DNA from: Candidatus Poribacteria bacterium
Lineage (GTDB): Bacteria > Poribacteria > WGA-4E > WGA-3G
Assembly: GCA_965215265.1 (NCBI GenBank)
Contig: OZ244048.1
Coordinates: 2,016,001-2,080,000, forward strand
DNA: 64,000 nt
Direction: 5' to 3'
Below are positions 21,611 to 33,824 of the stretch, one piece after another. The translations under genes were made by a program, and so were the position numbers. Below the pieces are notes generated by a model that worked only from the letters and a program-made list of their open reading frames with translations, was not told where the DNA came from and made no database searches. Every line of letters starts with the position of its first letter. Position 1 is the stretch's first letter.

Positions 21611-21670
21611 AAAAACGATTTGCTGCTGCAATCCGTGAACGCCTCACCTATTCCTTGGTAAGAAAAAAGG

Positions 21671-21744
21671 TGGGCTTATCTGGAATCGAACCAGAGACCT
21701 CGCGCTTATCAGGCGCGCGCTCTAACCTTCTGAGCTATAAGCCC
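21671..21744 (-). tRNA. tRNA-Ile(GAU)
   Basis: GGGCTTATAGCTCAGAAGGTTAGAGCGCGCGCCTGATAAGCGCGAGGTCTCTGGTTCGATTCCAGATAAGCCCA. Confidence 0.97.
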
Positions 21745-21853
21745 GTGAAAGTACCAGAAAATTGTTCCAGAAAGTTAAATAGTGTCTGTGCGTCCCTATA
21801 AGGTAAAGAGCGTATTGAACAAGTAGACTGTGTGAGAATCCACCTGTTGTGTG

Positions 21854-23413
<1,560 letters not shown>

Positions 23414-23535
23414 TATTGAAATGCACCTTCACTTCATTGAAAGTGAAGCACATTCACAAGCTGTAAATTGGCACGTCACGTTCACTATTTAACTTTCAAA
23501 GAACACTTTCACCTTTTTTGTAAAAGGTTATTTTA

Positions 23536-23564
23536 ATTATACCCTATGAAAATGCGTTTGTCAA
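23536..23564 (-). promoter_or_regulatory. rrn promoter
   Basis: TTGACA-N17-TATAAT perfect consensus; AT-rich upstream tracts; boxA-like GTTCTTTGAAA at ~23494-23504. Confidence 0.85.
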
Positions 23565-23741
23565 GTTAAAATCAAAAAAAAATGATGATTTTTGGGAAAA
23601 AAGTGCTTTTTTTTGGCTTTTTTTCACTTTTTTTTGAAAAAAATGTGTTTGTGAAGTAGTCTTTTGGGATGTGCGTGCATTTTGCATGCATTTTGCACGA
23701 CAAATTCGCACGTTTTCAGATGCATGCATCATCAACGAACT

Positions 23742-24717
23742 TCATCCAGGGCGTAAACAATGCGGTGGCAATGCTATCCGTTTTGTGCTAGGGTTAGCGA
23801 TGTTGGGGGTGAGGTATTTAGTTTCCAGGTGGCAGTAGTCCTTGGGTTTTATGCGGGTCGGTGTGCTAGCGGTCTTGTAAATGAGATGCCTAAGGCGATT
23901 GATGGCCTTTACGAGCCTGTTTATCTGGAGTGTAAAGGTGCGTCTATTTCTGGAATGCCGGTTTTGAGGTATCCTGAATGTCCACAGATAGGGCCAAACG
24001 CTAAGGACTGTAAGCAACGTCACTGAGCAAAAGAGCAGCGCGCTCAGGAGCATTTTCTTCCCGGAGAAACGGCGTTGTTTGACATACCAAAAAAGCAGAA
24101 ACAGAAGAAATAGAAGAAACGCACCTACGTGACTTTTCGTTAGACACGCCAATCCAAAGCAAATCCCTAAAAAACGAGGTCGCACCGCCGCTGAGTTTCA
24201 CCATCCAGATAGCAGAGCCACAACAATACCGTTAAAAAGAGAAATTCGGAGGTGAGTGCATCCGTATGAATCCGTCGGCTTTCGGCGAGCAAAAACGGCA
24301 CCACGCCTAAAAACAGCGTGCCTACCGCTGCGAGGGGACTTCCGAACAAACGGTACAATAACACCCCGCTAGCAAAATGAGCACGCCGGTGAGAAAGGCT
24401 ATCGGAAACCGAAGACGGGCCAGCATCGCTGGCGAGAAAAACTGCTTTGGCTGCATCCAAGCCTTGAAAAGTAATTTCTTACCATAAACGTTCCAAATTG
24501 CAGTGCCGCCGAGCCAAGTCGTTGTCACACCCGGATGATAGGCGGTGAGGGTGTCTGCGAAACGGCCGCTTTCCAACGCGGAAACAAAGGTGCGAGAACG
24601 CCTCATCCAGAGATGCTCATCACTTGACCAGTGTGCGGAAAGCGACAATAGGCACGGCAAAAATGTGAGCAGCACCAAAAACAAAACAAAAGCACCTACA
24701 AAAATCGGTTTCTGCAC
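23742..24717 (-). pseudogene. Frameshifted and truncated GT39/ArnT-like membrane glycosyltransferase
   Basis: Three consecutive frames give 'WSSDEHLW...YHPGVTT', 'PFLLAESRRIHTDAL' and 'GLACLTKS...WPYLW'. Shifts lie in G4 (24364-67) and T6 (24169-74) runs. Confidence 0.8.
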
Positions 24718-24738
24718 GCGTTGTTCCTCCTTGCGTTT

Positions 24739-25743
24739 TTATGGGTTGGCGCTGCTTTCATTGAGGGCGTTCAGACGCTTCTGTCTACAGTAGAACACCC
24801 AAGCGATGCTTGCCAGCAGAATCTCTGCACTCATCACCCACACCCGTGAGAGAAGTGCCACCAACGTTGCCGTTGCGGGTGGCAGACACAGCGTTAACAA
24901 CAGACTCAAAATGCCTTCTCGCACGCCTAATCCGCCGGGGGTGACGAGACTGAGGAACCCGATGCTCCACGCGAGCGGGTAGATACCTATTAGCATGAGG
25001 AGGTGGCGAAACGGTATCGGGTGTATGCTTTTAACAAAGACAAAAAAGGCGATTCCGAAGTAACCCCAAAGCAGCAAGTAAACCGCGAGAAGGCGAAGTG
25101 TTCCCGTAACGGAAAATATTACCCGTACGCCTTTTTGGAAGAATTCCATTTTTTTCAAAAACCGCCCTTTGCACAATAATCTGAGATGGCGAGGAATAGG
25201 TATAAAGATGAGAAAAACACTGCCCAACGCTATGAGCACAACAGCGAGTCCAATGAGGTGCAGGGCAGTTAGACGAAAACTCGCAACCCCGTTGTGCAAA
25301 AAGTGTTTTGCCTCTTGCCTTGCCAAGAAAGGCACCCCCATGCCGAACCCGAGCACACACTGAAAAGCGAGCCCTTGCATGGTACTGACAACCGCCGCTG
25401 TTTTCGAGATGTCCAGGGGGCGACAGAGAATGATGATACTCGCAAATTGCCCGACTTTGCCGGGGAGGTATTTTCCTAATTGTGACAGTTGAAAAAGCGT
25501 CCAGATGGCTCTAAAGGAACCCTCAGTCTGTGACGCAGAACGATAGAGTGTTCTAGTAGGGTAAACCAACAGGGTCCGATAACCGAACAGGAGCCCAAAA
25601 GACGCTATCAACCAGAACAGCTGGAACGAAACGGATTCCGCTTCCAGTTCCGCCAAAAGACCTGTGAGCCTCTTGATGAGGAAACAGAGAATCCCCAATG
25701 CGAGGAGCAGCCTTCCCCACTGTAGCAGCCGTGAGTGCATCAT
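24739..25743 (-). CDS. Lysylphosphatidylglycerol synthase TM domain / flippase-like protein (UPF0104)
   Basis: SQLGKYLPGKV and TPGGLGVRE motifs; multiple TM helices. Confidence 0.85.
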   Translation of the reverse strand: MMHSRLLQWGRLLLALGILCFLIKRLTGLLAELEAESVSFQLFWLIASFGLLFGYRTLLVYPTRTLYRSASQTEGSFRAIWTLFQLSQLGKYLPGKVGQFASIIILCRPLDISKTAAVVSTMQGLAFQCVLGFGMGVPFLARQEAKHFLHNGVASFRLTALHLIGLAVVLIALGSVFLIFIPIPRHLRLLCKGRFLKKMEFFQKGVRVIFSVTGTLRLLAVYLLLWGYFGIAFFVFVKSIHPIPFRHLLMLIGIYPLAWSIGFLSLVTPGGLGVREGILSLLLTLCLPPATATLVALLSRVWVMSAEILLASIAWVFYCRQKRLNALNESSANP

Positions 25744-25772
25744 GTTTGATTCCGGTGGGGTTTGGATGACGT

Positions 25773-27104
25773 TCAATATCTCAGCCACCGCCATAATTCG
25801 CCCAACTCAGGTCGCTTGCCGTACATTAAAATTCCGACTTGATAAATTTTCCCAATGATAATAGTGACGAGAAAGAGGGTTGCGCCCATCACAGAGATGT
25901 TCAGCAGAATCTCCCACCACGGTGGCATCAGCACATTGATTCGCATGAACATCAGAAATGGCGAGAAAAACGGGATGTGGGAGAGGAATATAGCAAGTGG
26001 CACGTCAGGCATTTTAAACAATTGGACCATTAACACCACGGGAACAGAGGGAAAAATGGCGAGCAGTCCGCCGAACTGTTGTGCCTCTTCGTTGCTGTTG
26101 CAAATGGCACCGACAGCGGCGTAAAGCGTTGAATAGAAGAAGAAACCGCAAATGAAATAGACGAAGAAGTAGATAAGCACATCAGTACCGCTGGCTTTGA
26201 TGAGAGCAACCGCGATGAGTTGGGACGGCTGTGCATGGATACCAAGCACAGCAAGCAATCGGTTGAAGTGGTTTATCAGCACCGCTCCGGATATCACCCA
26301 AATGGCAAATAGTGTCAAACAGACAGAGCAGACACCGATGAGTTTGCCAAGCAGGAGATGATACGGCTTAATTGATGAAACAATCACCTCAATGATGCGT
26401 GTTGTTTTTTCTTCAAGGACGCTTTGCATGACAGAGTTGGCGTAGATGACGATAAACAGGTACAGAACGAAAATGAGGAGAATCGCTATACCGCGCCGCA
26501 TCCTCGTTTCTACTTTTCCCTCAATCTGAACCTCTCCTTTGTCACCATCGCTTGTAATCGCGAAAGTGTCAAATGTGACCGAACGCATCAATCGTCGGAT
26601 TTCCGGCTGCGAATAACCGCTTTCAGCAAATCGCTTATTCCTAACAATCTCTGAGAGGAGACGACGCAATGCCCCTTGTACGTCAAAATTGGTGATGGTT
26701 TTAGCGTAGTAGCGTACTTTTCCATCTTGAAACACATTTTTCGGGATGGCAAGATAGGCGTAAATCTCCCCTGTAGCAACTTGCTTCCTGAGTTCGGATT
26801 TTGCATCGCCCGTGGGATCTGATATATGACGGGTGAGTTGATAGCGTAACTCCCCTTTCTGTTGAAAAGTGGGATGTCGCACAACGCGGGCTTTCAGTTC
26901 CGGGAAAATGTCACCGGTTTCATCAATCACCACGAGCATTCTCACGCCTGTTGTTTTCTGCTCCATCATCGTATCCATTAAATTGGGCAGAAGTACTATC
27001 GTGCACATGAGCAGCGGCACCAGGAACACTGAAGCGATGAAGCCTTTCGTCTTGACGCGCATCGTGTACTCGCGTTTGATAACTGCAGCAATTTTATGAA
27101 ACAT
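25773..27104 (-). CDS. ABC-2 type exporter permease (NatB/YhaP-like)
   Basis: 'REY..RVKTKGF', 'VLEEKTTRIIEV', 'LLGKLIG', 'IYQVGILMYGK'. Confidence 0.9.
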   Translation of the reverse strand: MFHKIAAVIKREYTMRVKTKGFIASVFLVPLLMCTIVLLPNLMDTMMEQKTTGVRMLVVIDETGDIFPELKARVVRHPTFQQKGELRYQLTRHISDPTGDAKSELRKQVATGEIYAYLAIPKNVFQDGKVRYYAKTITNFDVQGALRRLLSEIVRNKRFAESGYSQPEIRRLMRSVTFDTFAITSDGDKGEVQIEGKVETRMRRGIAILLIFVLYLFIVIYANSVMQSVLEEKTTRIIEVIVSSIKPYHLLLGKLIGVCSVCLTLFAIWVISGAVLINHFNRLLAVLGIHAQPSQLIAVALIKASGTDVLIYFFVYFICGFFFYSTLYAAVGAICNSNEEAQQFGGLLAIFPSVPVVLMVQLFKMPDVPLAIFLSHIPFFSPFLMFMRINVLMPPWWEILLNISVMGATLFLVTIIIGKIYQVGILMYGKRPELGELWRWLRY

Positions 27105-27454
27105 TTTTCGTCTTCCTTTCGCCTTCAACGCGCTGCACGAAAAAATCATGGAGCATCGGTTCTACCAATGAGCTCTGTCATCGCTTGCATTACCGCGTTT
27201 TAGTTTAGTGGGACGCTTGTATCGGCAAACAGGCTGTGTTGTATCAATACATAGCCAAGGGCAATGGCGATATTGGTGAGTGCGAGATCGAAGGATAGTG
27301 AAGGTGAGAAGCGCATCTAATCTCTCTATCTTTATCATCATCTCTGCGCTGAGATAAAAATACACAGCAGTCGAGGAACATTTCTTTTTTTACGAAACGT
27401 TCCCCGACCGAAAGAGACAAGTTTGAGCTCCTCATAGAGATCGATTAAATTGGA

Positions 27455-28810
27455 TTATTCGGCGATACAGTAGAGATGCTCCGTACCACGCAGGTATAAC
27501 TCCGAACCGACAATCACAGGCGAGGAATTGAAACTGTCGTCGATATGATTTTCTGACAAAACCTCAAACGTGGTACCGTGTTTGATAACCAACACGGTAC
27601 CATTTCGGCTCGCAATATAGATGCGATCTGCTGCGCCGACAATGGAAGCGTAAACCCCTGAAATGCCCTGTAACCGCTCCGGCCCGTAATACGGCGAGCC
27701 TGTTTTTATATTGAAGGCAGAGAGGATGCCCTCGTTCCTCTTTAAAAAATAGATGATATCCCCATAGAGGAGCGGCGATGGGACATAGGGCGTGTCTCTA
27801 TTGTGTTCCCATACCATTGCGTCTGTATCGCTAATATTCCCATTCGCTTTTTCAAGTTGTATCGCTTGTAATACACTGCCCCGGAAACCGCTGGTGATAT
27901 AAACGAGCCCATCGGCAGCAACAGGTGTGGGTATAGCGTTCCGCGTCATACCGCCGCATTCCCAGATTTCCTCGCCCGTATCAAGTGCGTAGCCGCGGGT
28001 GCGGTTCGTTGCCGGCATAATCACTTGCGGTTTTCCGCCTTCCTCAACAACGATAGGAGAGGCCCAGGTCGTGCTTTCATCCCTCTCCATTTTCCAGCGA
28101 ATCTCACCCGTTCGCTTATCCAATGCAGTGATGAAAGAATCGCCTTCATGGTCCTGCACAATCACGAGTGTATCCCGGTAAAGTGCAGGAGAACTGCCTT
28201 CGCCAAAGGTCCTGCTCTTATACATTCTGCCGATGTCCTTTTCCCACTTTACATTGCCGTCCATATCCACGCAGTAGAGCCCCCTTGAACCAAAATAGGC
28301 GTAGACGTATTCTCCATCGGTGACGGGCGAATTTGAGGCAAAGCTGGCAGTTTGGTGCGTCCCTTCGTGGGGCACCTCTTCGCGCAGCGTTTTCTGCCAC
28401 AAGATGTCGCCGTTCGCCCGGTCGATGGCGAGCAGATCAAATCTGTATAACTTTGAGAGCCCCTCGCCTCTTCCCCTCTGGTTAAGCAGACCACTGAACG
28501 GATTGAAGTCATTTTCATTTTCTGTTTCCGCTTTCGGTTCCGGTTCACCGATTTCAATTGCAGTCTGGATGAAGATGTTATCGCCCCAGATAATCGGGGT
28601 TGCGTGGCCCTGACCGGGTATAGCCACTTTCCATCGGATGTTTTCAGTTGCACTCCACTTAACCGGCGGGTCAGCATCCGGTGCAACACCGGTTCCATAC
28701 GGACCACGCCATTGATGCCAATTCTTCTCAAAATCTACAGGTTGCGAGGCACTTGACACAACCGCCGCCAAGCCCAATACACAAACTACTAACATTGCAA
28801 TTCTTCTCAT
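27455..28810 (-). CDS. PQQ-like beta-propeller repeat protein, secreted
   Basis: Signal peptide; WHQWRGP; repeated SP...W motifs; ends LYCI. Confidence 0.9.
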   Translation of the reverse strand: MRRIAMLVVCVLGLAAVVSSASQPVDFEKNWHQWRGPYGTGVAPDADPPVKWSATENIRWKVAIPGQGHATPIIWGDNIFIQTAIEIGEPEPKAETENENDFNPFSGLLNQRGRGEGLSKLYRFDLLAIDRANGDILWQKTLREEVPHEGTHQTASFASNSPVTDGEYVYAYFGSRGLYCVDMDGNVKWEKDIGRMYKSRTFGEGSSPALYRDTLVIVQDHEGDSFITALDKRTGEIRWKMERDESTTWASPIVVEEGGKPQVIMPATNRTRGYALDTGEEIWECGGMTRNAIPTPVAADGLVYITSGFRGSVLQAIQLEKANGNISDTDAMVWEHNRDTPYVPSPLLYGDIIYFLKRNEGILSAFNIKTGSPYYGPERLQGISGVYASIVGAADRIYIASRNGTVLVIKHGTTFEVLSENHIDDSFNSSPVIVGSELYLRGTEHLYCIAE

Positions 28811-28867
28811 GATTATCTCCTTTTTTCGGTAAGATGGAAAATCTTTAACGAAATGTCACATCCTCAA

Positions 28868-31800
28868 TTAGGGCGATGCAAGAATATCCTCAATAGCGAG
28901 AGGCTTCGCTAATTCACGATTGGCTGCCTCTAATTTTTCTCGACTTGAAACAACGCAGACAGCAGCGTTATCGCGGTTCTCTTCTAGGAGTTCGAGCAGC
29001 ACCCGCTTGACTTCAGCAGGCGTGGCACGACAGAGCCGCGCATACCGTTCCTCCCGCATTTCGCGCGTCTGTCCAGCGAGATGTTGACTCAACGCACTAC
29101 TCGCAGCTTGGCTGGGCCGGATCGGTTTCTCCCCATCTTTCGCCGTTGCGATAATTGCTCTATCAATATCCGTCTGCGTCCAATCTACCTGCTTGACATA
29201 CTCTACAGTCTGTTCAAAAACGTTAAGCGTCCTTGCAATGTGCGGGTCGCGATACGATGCCTGGTAGAGTTGGGCATCAAACGGATTATAGGTAAACCAT
29301 GCCCCGTAAGCGTTGCCTTTGAACCGAATTTCACTCATGATATAATCCAGTCGAATGATATGGGCACCAATCCGTAGGAGCGTTGAATCCGGGTGCGAAT
29401 AGTGCGGTGCCGGTACCACGTGTGCGCAGTGCGCAATTTGAATGGGCCCCGCTAACCCTTCGCGTAGACGCATATCACCTGCCTCAAATCCAATCGGTTC
29501 ATCCATTATCGGCTCATCGCACATCTTTTGAATCCACTCATTGAGATGGGTGTTCAGCACGTTAAAAGCGGCATCGGAACCCGTAAAACTGGCTGTCATC
29601 CGCCCGCGCACTAACAGGAAATCCCGTATCTCTTCAATGTGACACATCAGCTCCTCATTAAGTTCGTCAAAATCGGTGAGCAACCTCTCACTCACATGCA
29701 ATTGCGGAAGCCCAAAAACGATTTCAGACAGCCGGGCTTGAGGCGATAAATTGCGGGCAGCGTGATGAATAGCGGTATTCGAACCGTCATGTACCATCTC
29801 TGTCCGATACTCCGCCACGGATTGCGTCAGGACATCGCGGAGACGTGCCTTATCGCGCGGATTTACGGAAAACACAAGCGCTCGCAGCACATCTAACGCA
29901 GACTCCATTTTTCCATCTAGTGCCTTGAAATGAAATCGTAGACTCTGTAGTGAACGATTCCCATCTAACGCATGTGTACTGAAACCCGGTGAACATCCAA
30001 TTCCCCCGGTAACCGCCGATTTTCGCTGGGCAACCTGTTCATAGTTCATGTCGGCAGCACCCAGTTTACCAATCGCTTCTGCGTATCGAGGGAGATATGC
30101 CCACAAGTGCTGCGGCAAACCTCTCAAGTCAAAGTTCAAGACTAGGTAGTTAACACCGTTGGCAAAGACATCATTCCGGAGCAGTTCAACATCGTGAACC
30201 TTCTCAATTGTGGTAGGAATATGTTTCGGTTTTTCAGGCAGGTCACTGACTTGAAGTTGTGGCAACTTTGCCAACGCCTCCGGTGAATTCGGTTGGCCGT
30301 TCAGTCGTTCCAACTCAGCAGCATCAGCGGCAATCTGCTGAACCTGTTCATCGCTCAGTTTTGCTCGCGTCGCCTTCATACGTGCCTCGAGGGCCGCATC
30401 CAATTCTGACTGCATGCCGGGGTGCGGTGAGAGTACACTTGTCAACCGATGCGGGTTCTCAAGCAGGCGCTCGCGAATTAGTTGATTGAAAATCGCAGCA
30501 TCCGCCTCCCACCGCCGCTGGATGATGGAAAGACACTCTCCCATCTTTAAAAAGGTATCCGGCTCCTTCTCATAGATCCACGCCTCAATCACACGGTAGA
30601 GCATCCGCAGCGGGAACATAGGCGCGACTTCCTGGTAGTAATAAGTGGCTTGTTGAAATGCGGCTTCTACCTTCGCACTTTCTATCTCCGTATCCGCAAT
30701 TTCTGTCAAAGTCTGCATCACTAGTTGCGTAAACGCATCCACACGCTCCTTTTCACTTCCCTTGAGCCCCACGTAAAAGGTACTCGATGCCCCGATAGAG
30801 CTCGCACCGGAGAAAATCAGATCTGCACCGAGTTTCGAATCAATAATCGCCTTTTTCAAGGGGGCGGCTTCATTACCGAGCAGAATCAAACTTAAAATCC
30901 GGCACATGGCGACATCTTCCGGATCTGTCGCATCCCCAATAAGCCAACTCAACATCAGATAGGTTTTTTCAGTCAGCGGTTCATCCGGCGCAACTGGATA
31001 GGTAGCTTGCACGGTTTGCGCAGATTTCCATCGTGATTGGCGCGTGACTTCCGGCCGGAGCGGGCGGAGCGAGGCACTCTCTTCGTTTCGCGGGATAGCA
31101 CTCAGTTTATCCGAAAGAAAGGCGAGATAGTCCCTGGTTGGGATATCGCCATAGAGAAAAAAGTAACTATTGCTTGGATGGTAATGGTTCTGATGGAATC
31201 TTTGCAGCTGAGCGTACGTTAAGTCAGGAATTGCATCCGGATCCCCGCCAGATTCGCGCGCATAGAGCGTATCCGGGAGCAGTCGACTCGTCATTGAACG
31301 GTACAACAACGACTCTGGATCCGAAAAAACGCCTTTCATCTCATTGTAGACAATGCCGGTGATCTTCAAATCGCCAGTCGGGTCTTCTGGGTTTATAGGC
31401 GCAAGATGATGTCCCTCGCGCTTGAAGGTCTCCTCCGTTAACAACGGGTGAAATACTGCATCAAAATACACTTCTGCCAAGTTGAAGAGGTCCTTTTTGA
31501 CGTTGCTCGCTACCGGATAGTAGGTATGATCGGAGCTCGTCATCGCATTGATAAAGGTCGCCATGCTCATCTTGATCATCTCAAAGAATGGTTCCTTTAC
31601 CGGATATTTTTGGGAGCCTGCCAACACGGCATGTTCTAAGATATGCGGCAGCCCGGTATCATCGGGCGGCGGTGTCGGGAAATTAATAGAAAAGAGATTT
31701 TCGGTATCGTCTGTATAGAGATGCAGCAGCCGCGCCCCACTCTGTGGATGCGCCAATTCAATCGTCACAGCGCGCAATTCGTCAATCGGTGTGACAGCTT

Positions 31801-31882
31801 TCACGTCAAAACCGTGTAGGTGTTGACCGGGGTGCAAATCAACGTTTGGCATCCGAGTCGTTTCCAATATTGTAACCTCCAT
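28868..31882 (-). CDS. M16C insulinase/presequence protease-like metallopeptidase
   Basis: Inverted zincin HILEH; GSQKYPVKEPF; NAMT; GIVYNEMKG; GNAYGA...SYRDP. Exact start uncertain (31882/31867/31852). Confidence 0.92.
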   Translation of the reverse strand: MEVTILETTRMPNVDLHPGQHLHGFDVKAVTPIDELRAVTIELAHPQSGARLLHLYTDDTENLFSINFPTPPPDDTGLPHILEHAVLAGSQKYPVKEPFFEMIKMSMATFINAMTSSDHTYYPVASNVKKDLFNLAEVYFDAVFHPLLTEETFKREGHHLAPINPEDPTGDLKITGIVYNEMKGVFSDPESLLYRSMTSRLLPDTLYARESGGDPDAIPDLTYAQLQRFHQNHYHPSNSYFFLYGDIPTRDYLAFLSDKLSAIPRNEESASLRPLRPEVTRQSRWKSAQTVQATYPVAPDEPLTEKTYLMLSWLIGDATDPEDVAMCRILSLILLGNEAAPLKKAIIDSKLGADLIFSGASSIGASSTFYVGLKGSEKERVDAFTQLVMQTLTEIADTEIESAKVEAAFQQATYYYQEVAPMFPLRMLYRVIEAWIYEKEPDTFLKMGECLSIIQRRWEADAAIFNQLIRERLLENPHRLTSVLSPHPGMQSELDAALEARMKATRAKLSDEQVQQIAADAAELERLNGQPNSPEALAKLPQLQVSDLPEKPKHIPTTIEKVHDVELLRNDVFANGVNYLVLNFDLRGLPQHLWAYLPRYAEAIGKLGAADMNYEQVAQRKSAVTGGIGCSPGFSTHALDGNRSLQSLRFHFKALDGKMESALDVLRALVFSVNPRDKARLRDVLTQSVAEYRTEMVHDGSNTAIHHAARNLSPQARLSEIVFGLPQLHVSERLLTDFDELNEELMCHIEEIRDFLLVRGRMTASFTGSDAAFNVLNTHLNEWIQKMCDEPIMDEPIGFEAGDMRLREGLAGPIQIAHCAHVVPAPHYSHPDSTLLRIGAHIIRLDYIMSEIRFKGNAYGAWFTYNPFDAQLYQASYRDPHIARTLNVFEQTVEYVKQVDWTQTDIDRAIIATAKDGEKPIRPSQAASSALSQHLAGQTREMREERYARLCRATPAEVKRVLLELLEENRDNAAVCVVSSREKLEAANRELAKPLAIEDILASP

Positions 31883-31887
31883 ACTTT

Positions 31888-33180
31888 TCATTTTGAATCT
31901 TTTGCCAAATTGGCACAAACTAATTCTTTATCGTTCCGAGCGAACACATGTTTGTAAGCGAACGCAGGGTGCGCCCAAGTCACACCGCCTCTACGGTTCA
32001 ACTGAGCGCGTGTGGGTTCAATCAGTTTAGCACGACTGATAATGTTCAGTCCCTCCGGCGAAACCGTGGTAATTAGGAGCTCGCCGCGCTCATTAAACAT
32101 CCATACCTTATCGGCATTTTTGATAAAATGAATATTACTCCACCGCCCTTTCGGCACAGCGGAGAGATCTTCCCAAATCCTATCGCCGTTCCGAGCATCC
32201 AGACAGCGGAGCTCACCGTAACTATCTACACCGTAAATATAATTGCCCTTGCGTATAGGGGTAGACATCGTCGAATGCAGCGCATCTGTGTTCGTTTCGT
32301 CTTTCCCTTTTCTATGCCATGCGAGCTCAGCTGCAAACTTCTCCGGTGCCAGTTTGAGTAGCATCGAGCCCTCAAAGAAATCGGTGATGAACAACTCGTT
32401 TTCGTGAAAAATAGGTGTCGCAATACCTATCTCCATGCGCGACGGCAGAAACGGATGCAGCCACAACACCTCGCCTGTGTCCGGATTAAGAGCGGCGACA
32501 TTAGCCCCGGTCCAACAGATTAAGACCCGTTTGCCTGCTTGCTTGATGATAATTGGTGCGGAATAGGAGGCTTTATCGTCAAGTGCCCGCCATTTTTCCG
32601 CTCCGGTTTTCCGGTCAAACGCTACGATACACGCCCCCGGTGTGCCCCCGATTTGGACAATGAGGTGTTCGCCTTCAATGATTGGCGCACTCGCAATACC
32701 CCACGTTGGCATGTTTATATTATACTCGACGTTCAGGTCTTTTTTCCACCTGATTTCGCCAGTGATAGCATCAAAACAGTGCAGATGCCCCATCGCCCCT
32801 AGGGCGTAGGCAAGCCCATCGTTAACAGTGACAGTCGCCCGTGGGCCAGCAGTGTAGTCAATTCTGTAGTCACACTCATAACTATAGGACCAGAGCACTT
32901 CTCCAGTTTCCCAGTCAAAGCAGTGTACACGTTCTACCTGCTTCGGTTTCGTCAGCCGGTCTGTAACGTAAACGCGCCCATCGGCAATGCTCGGCCCACT
33001 GTAACCGCTGCCAATCGGCACGCGCCAACGGATAGGGATATCCGGACCGTCAAATTTCTCAATCAGTCCTGTCTCGTTCCACACGCCGTTTCGGTGTGTT
33101 CCTCGCCATTGCGGCCATTCATCCGCAAAAACTGCCGGAACCCCTAATAGGAGAATGAGCCCAATTGCAATCTGTTTCAT
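31888..33180 (-). CDS. PQQ-like beta-propeller repeat protein, secreted
   Basis: Signal peptide ending VFA-D; WPQWRG; GSGYSGP; TWAHPAFA. Confidence 0.9.
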   Translation of the reverse strand: MKQIAIGLILLLGVPAVFADEWPQWRGTHRNGVWNETGLIEKFDGPDIPIRWRVPIGSGYSGPSIADGRVYVTDRLTKPKQVERVHCFDWETGEVLWSYSYECDYRIDYTAGPRATVTVNDGLAYALGAMGHLHCFDAITGEIRWKKDLNVEYNINMPTWGIASAPIIEGEHLIVQIGGTPGACIVAFDRKTGAEKWRALDDKASYSAPIIIKQAGKRVLICWTGANVAALNPDTGEVLWLHPFLPSRMEIGIATPIFHENELFITDFFEGSMLLKLAPEKFAAELAWHRKGKDETNTDALHSTMSTPIRKGNYIYGVDSYGELRCLDARNGDRIWEDLSAVPKGRWSNIHFIKNADKVWMFNERGELLITTVSPEGLNIISRAKLIEPTRAQLNRRGGVTWAHPAFAYKHVFARNDKELVCANLAKDSK

Positions 33181-33193
33181 AATTTATTCCTTT

Positions 33194-33808
33194 TTATTTT
33201 TTAATTTTTGAACGTTGCCCCGTTTTGAAGAACGTATCAATCACGCCAAATAAGCGCGGCAAATCCGTAAAACTAAATGGAGTTAGGTTTTGGGTAAACG
33301 TATCGCAGACCAGCCGTCCAAATTGCCAAAATATACCATCGGTAACGATGCCGTAGATAGGAAACGTCGCATCATCATTTATTTTTTTGGCAGCAACTAA
33401 TTCCGCGAGACATTGTGCCCAGCCTCGCTCAAAATCGTTCTTCTTCGCCTCGACGAGCATTAGTATAGGGGTACCCACGACAGATAGACCCAATTCGGAT
33501 TTCGTGGCAATAGAGTAATCTGGTGTCGTGCTCAGTGTCTCATCGTGGCCAATTGATTCGTGGCTCCAAAGCACGTAGTTATCCGCATACCGTTTGTAGA
33601 TTTCTCGTAAAATCGGAAAGATAATCGTCTCACACCTTGTAACCTCAGATCTAAAAATATTAAGATACTGCTTGTTGAACTCAAATTCCCGCAGAAATTC
33701 TGTCGAAGGAGTTATGGTTGCCTCGGCATCCACAAAGTCAGCCAACACGTATCTAATTCTGAATTTTTCTTGAACTTCAGCGACGGTTTTGAAATCACTA
33801 AACGCCAT
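33194..33808 (-). CDS. Hypothetical protein, PD-(D/E)xK restriction-endonuclease-like fold
   Basis: MAFSDFK start; TPDY...VEAKK...GWAQCLAELVAA...IYGIVTDG..WQFG. Confidence 0.7.
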   Translation of the reverse strand: MAFSDFKTVAEVQEKFRIRYVLADFVDAEATITPSTEFLREFEFNKQYLNIFRSEVTRCETIIFPILREIYKRYADNYVLWSHESIGHDETLSTTPDYSIATKSELGLSVVGTPILMLVEAKKNDFERGWAQCLAELVAAKKINDDATFPIYGIVTDGIFWQFGRLVCDTFTQNLTPFSFTDLPRLFGVIDTFFKTGQRSKIKK

Positions 33809-33824
33809 GAGAGTTACCCCCCCC

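Noticed and set aside
27162-27435. Short ORFs or remnant of an ABC ATPase upstream of the permease
   Set aside because: No Walker motifs or other coding signal found.
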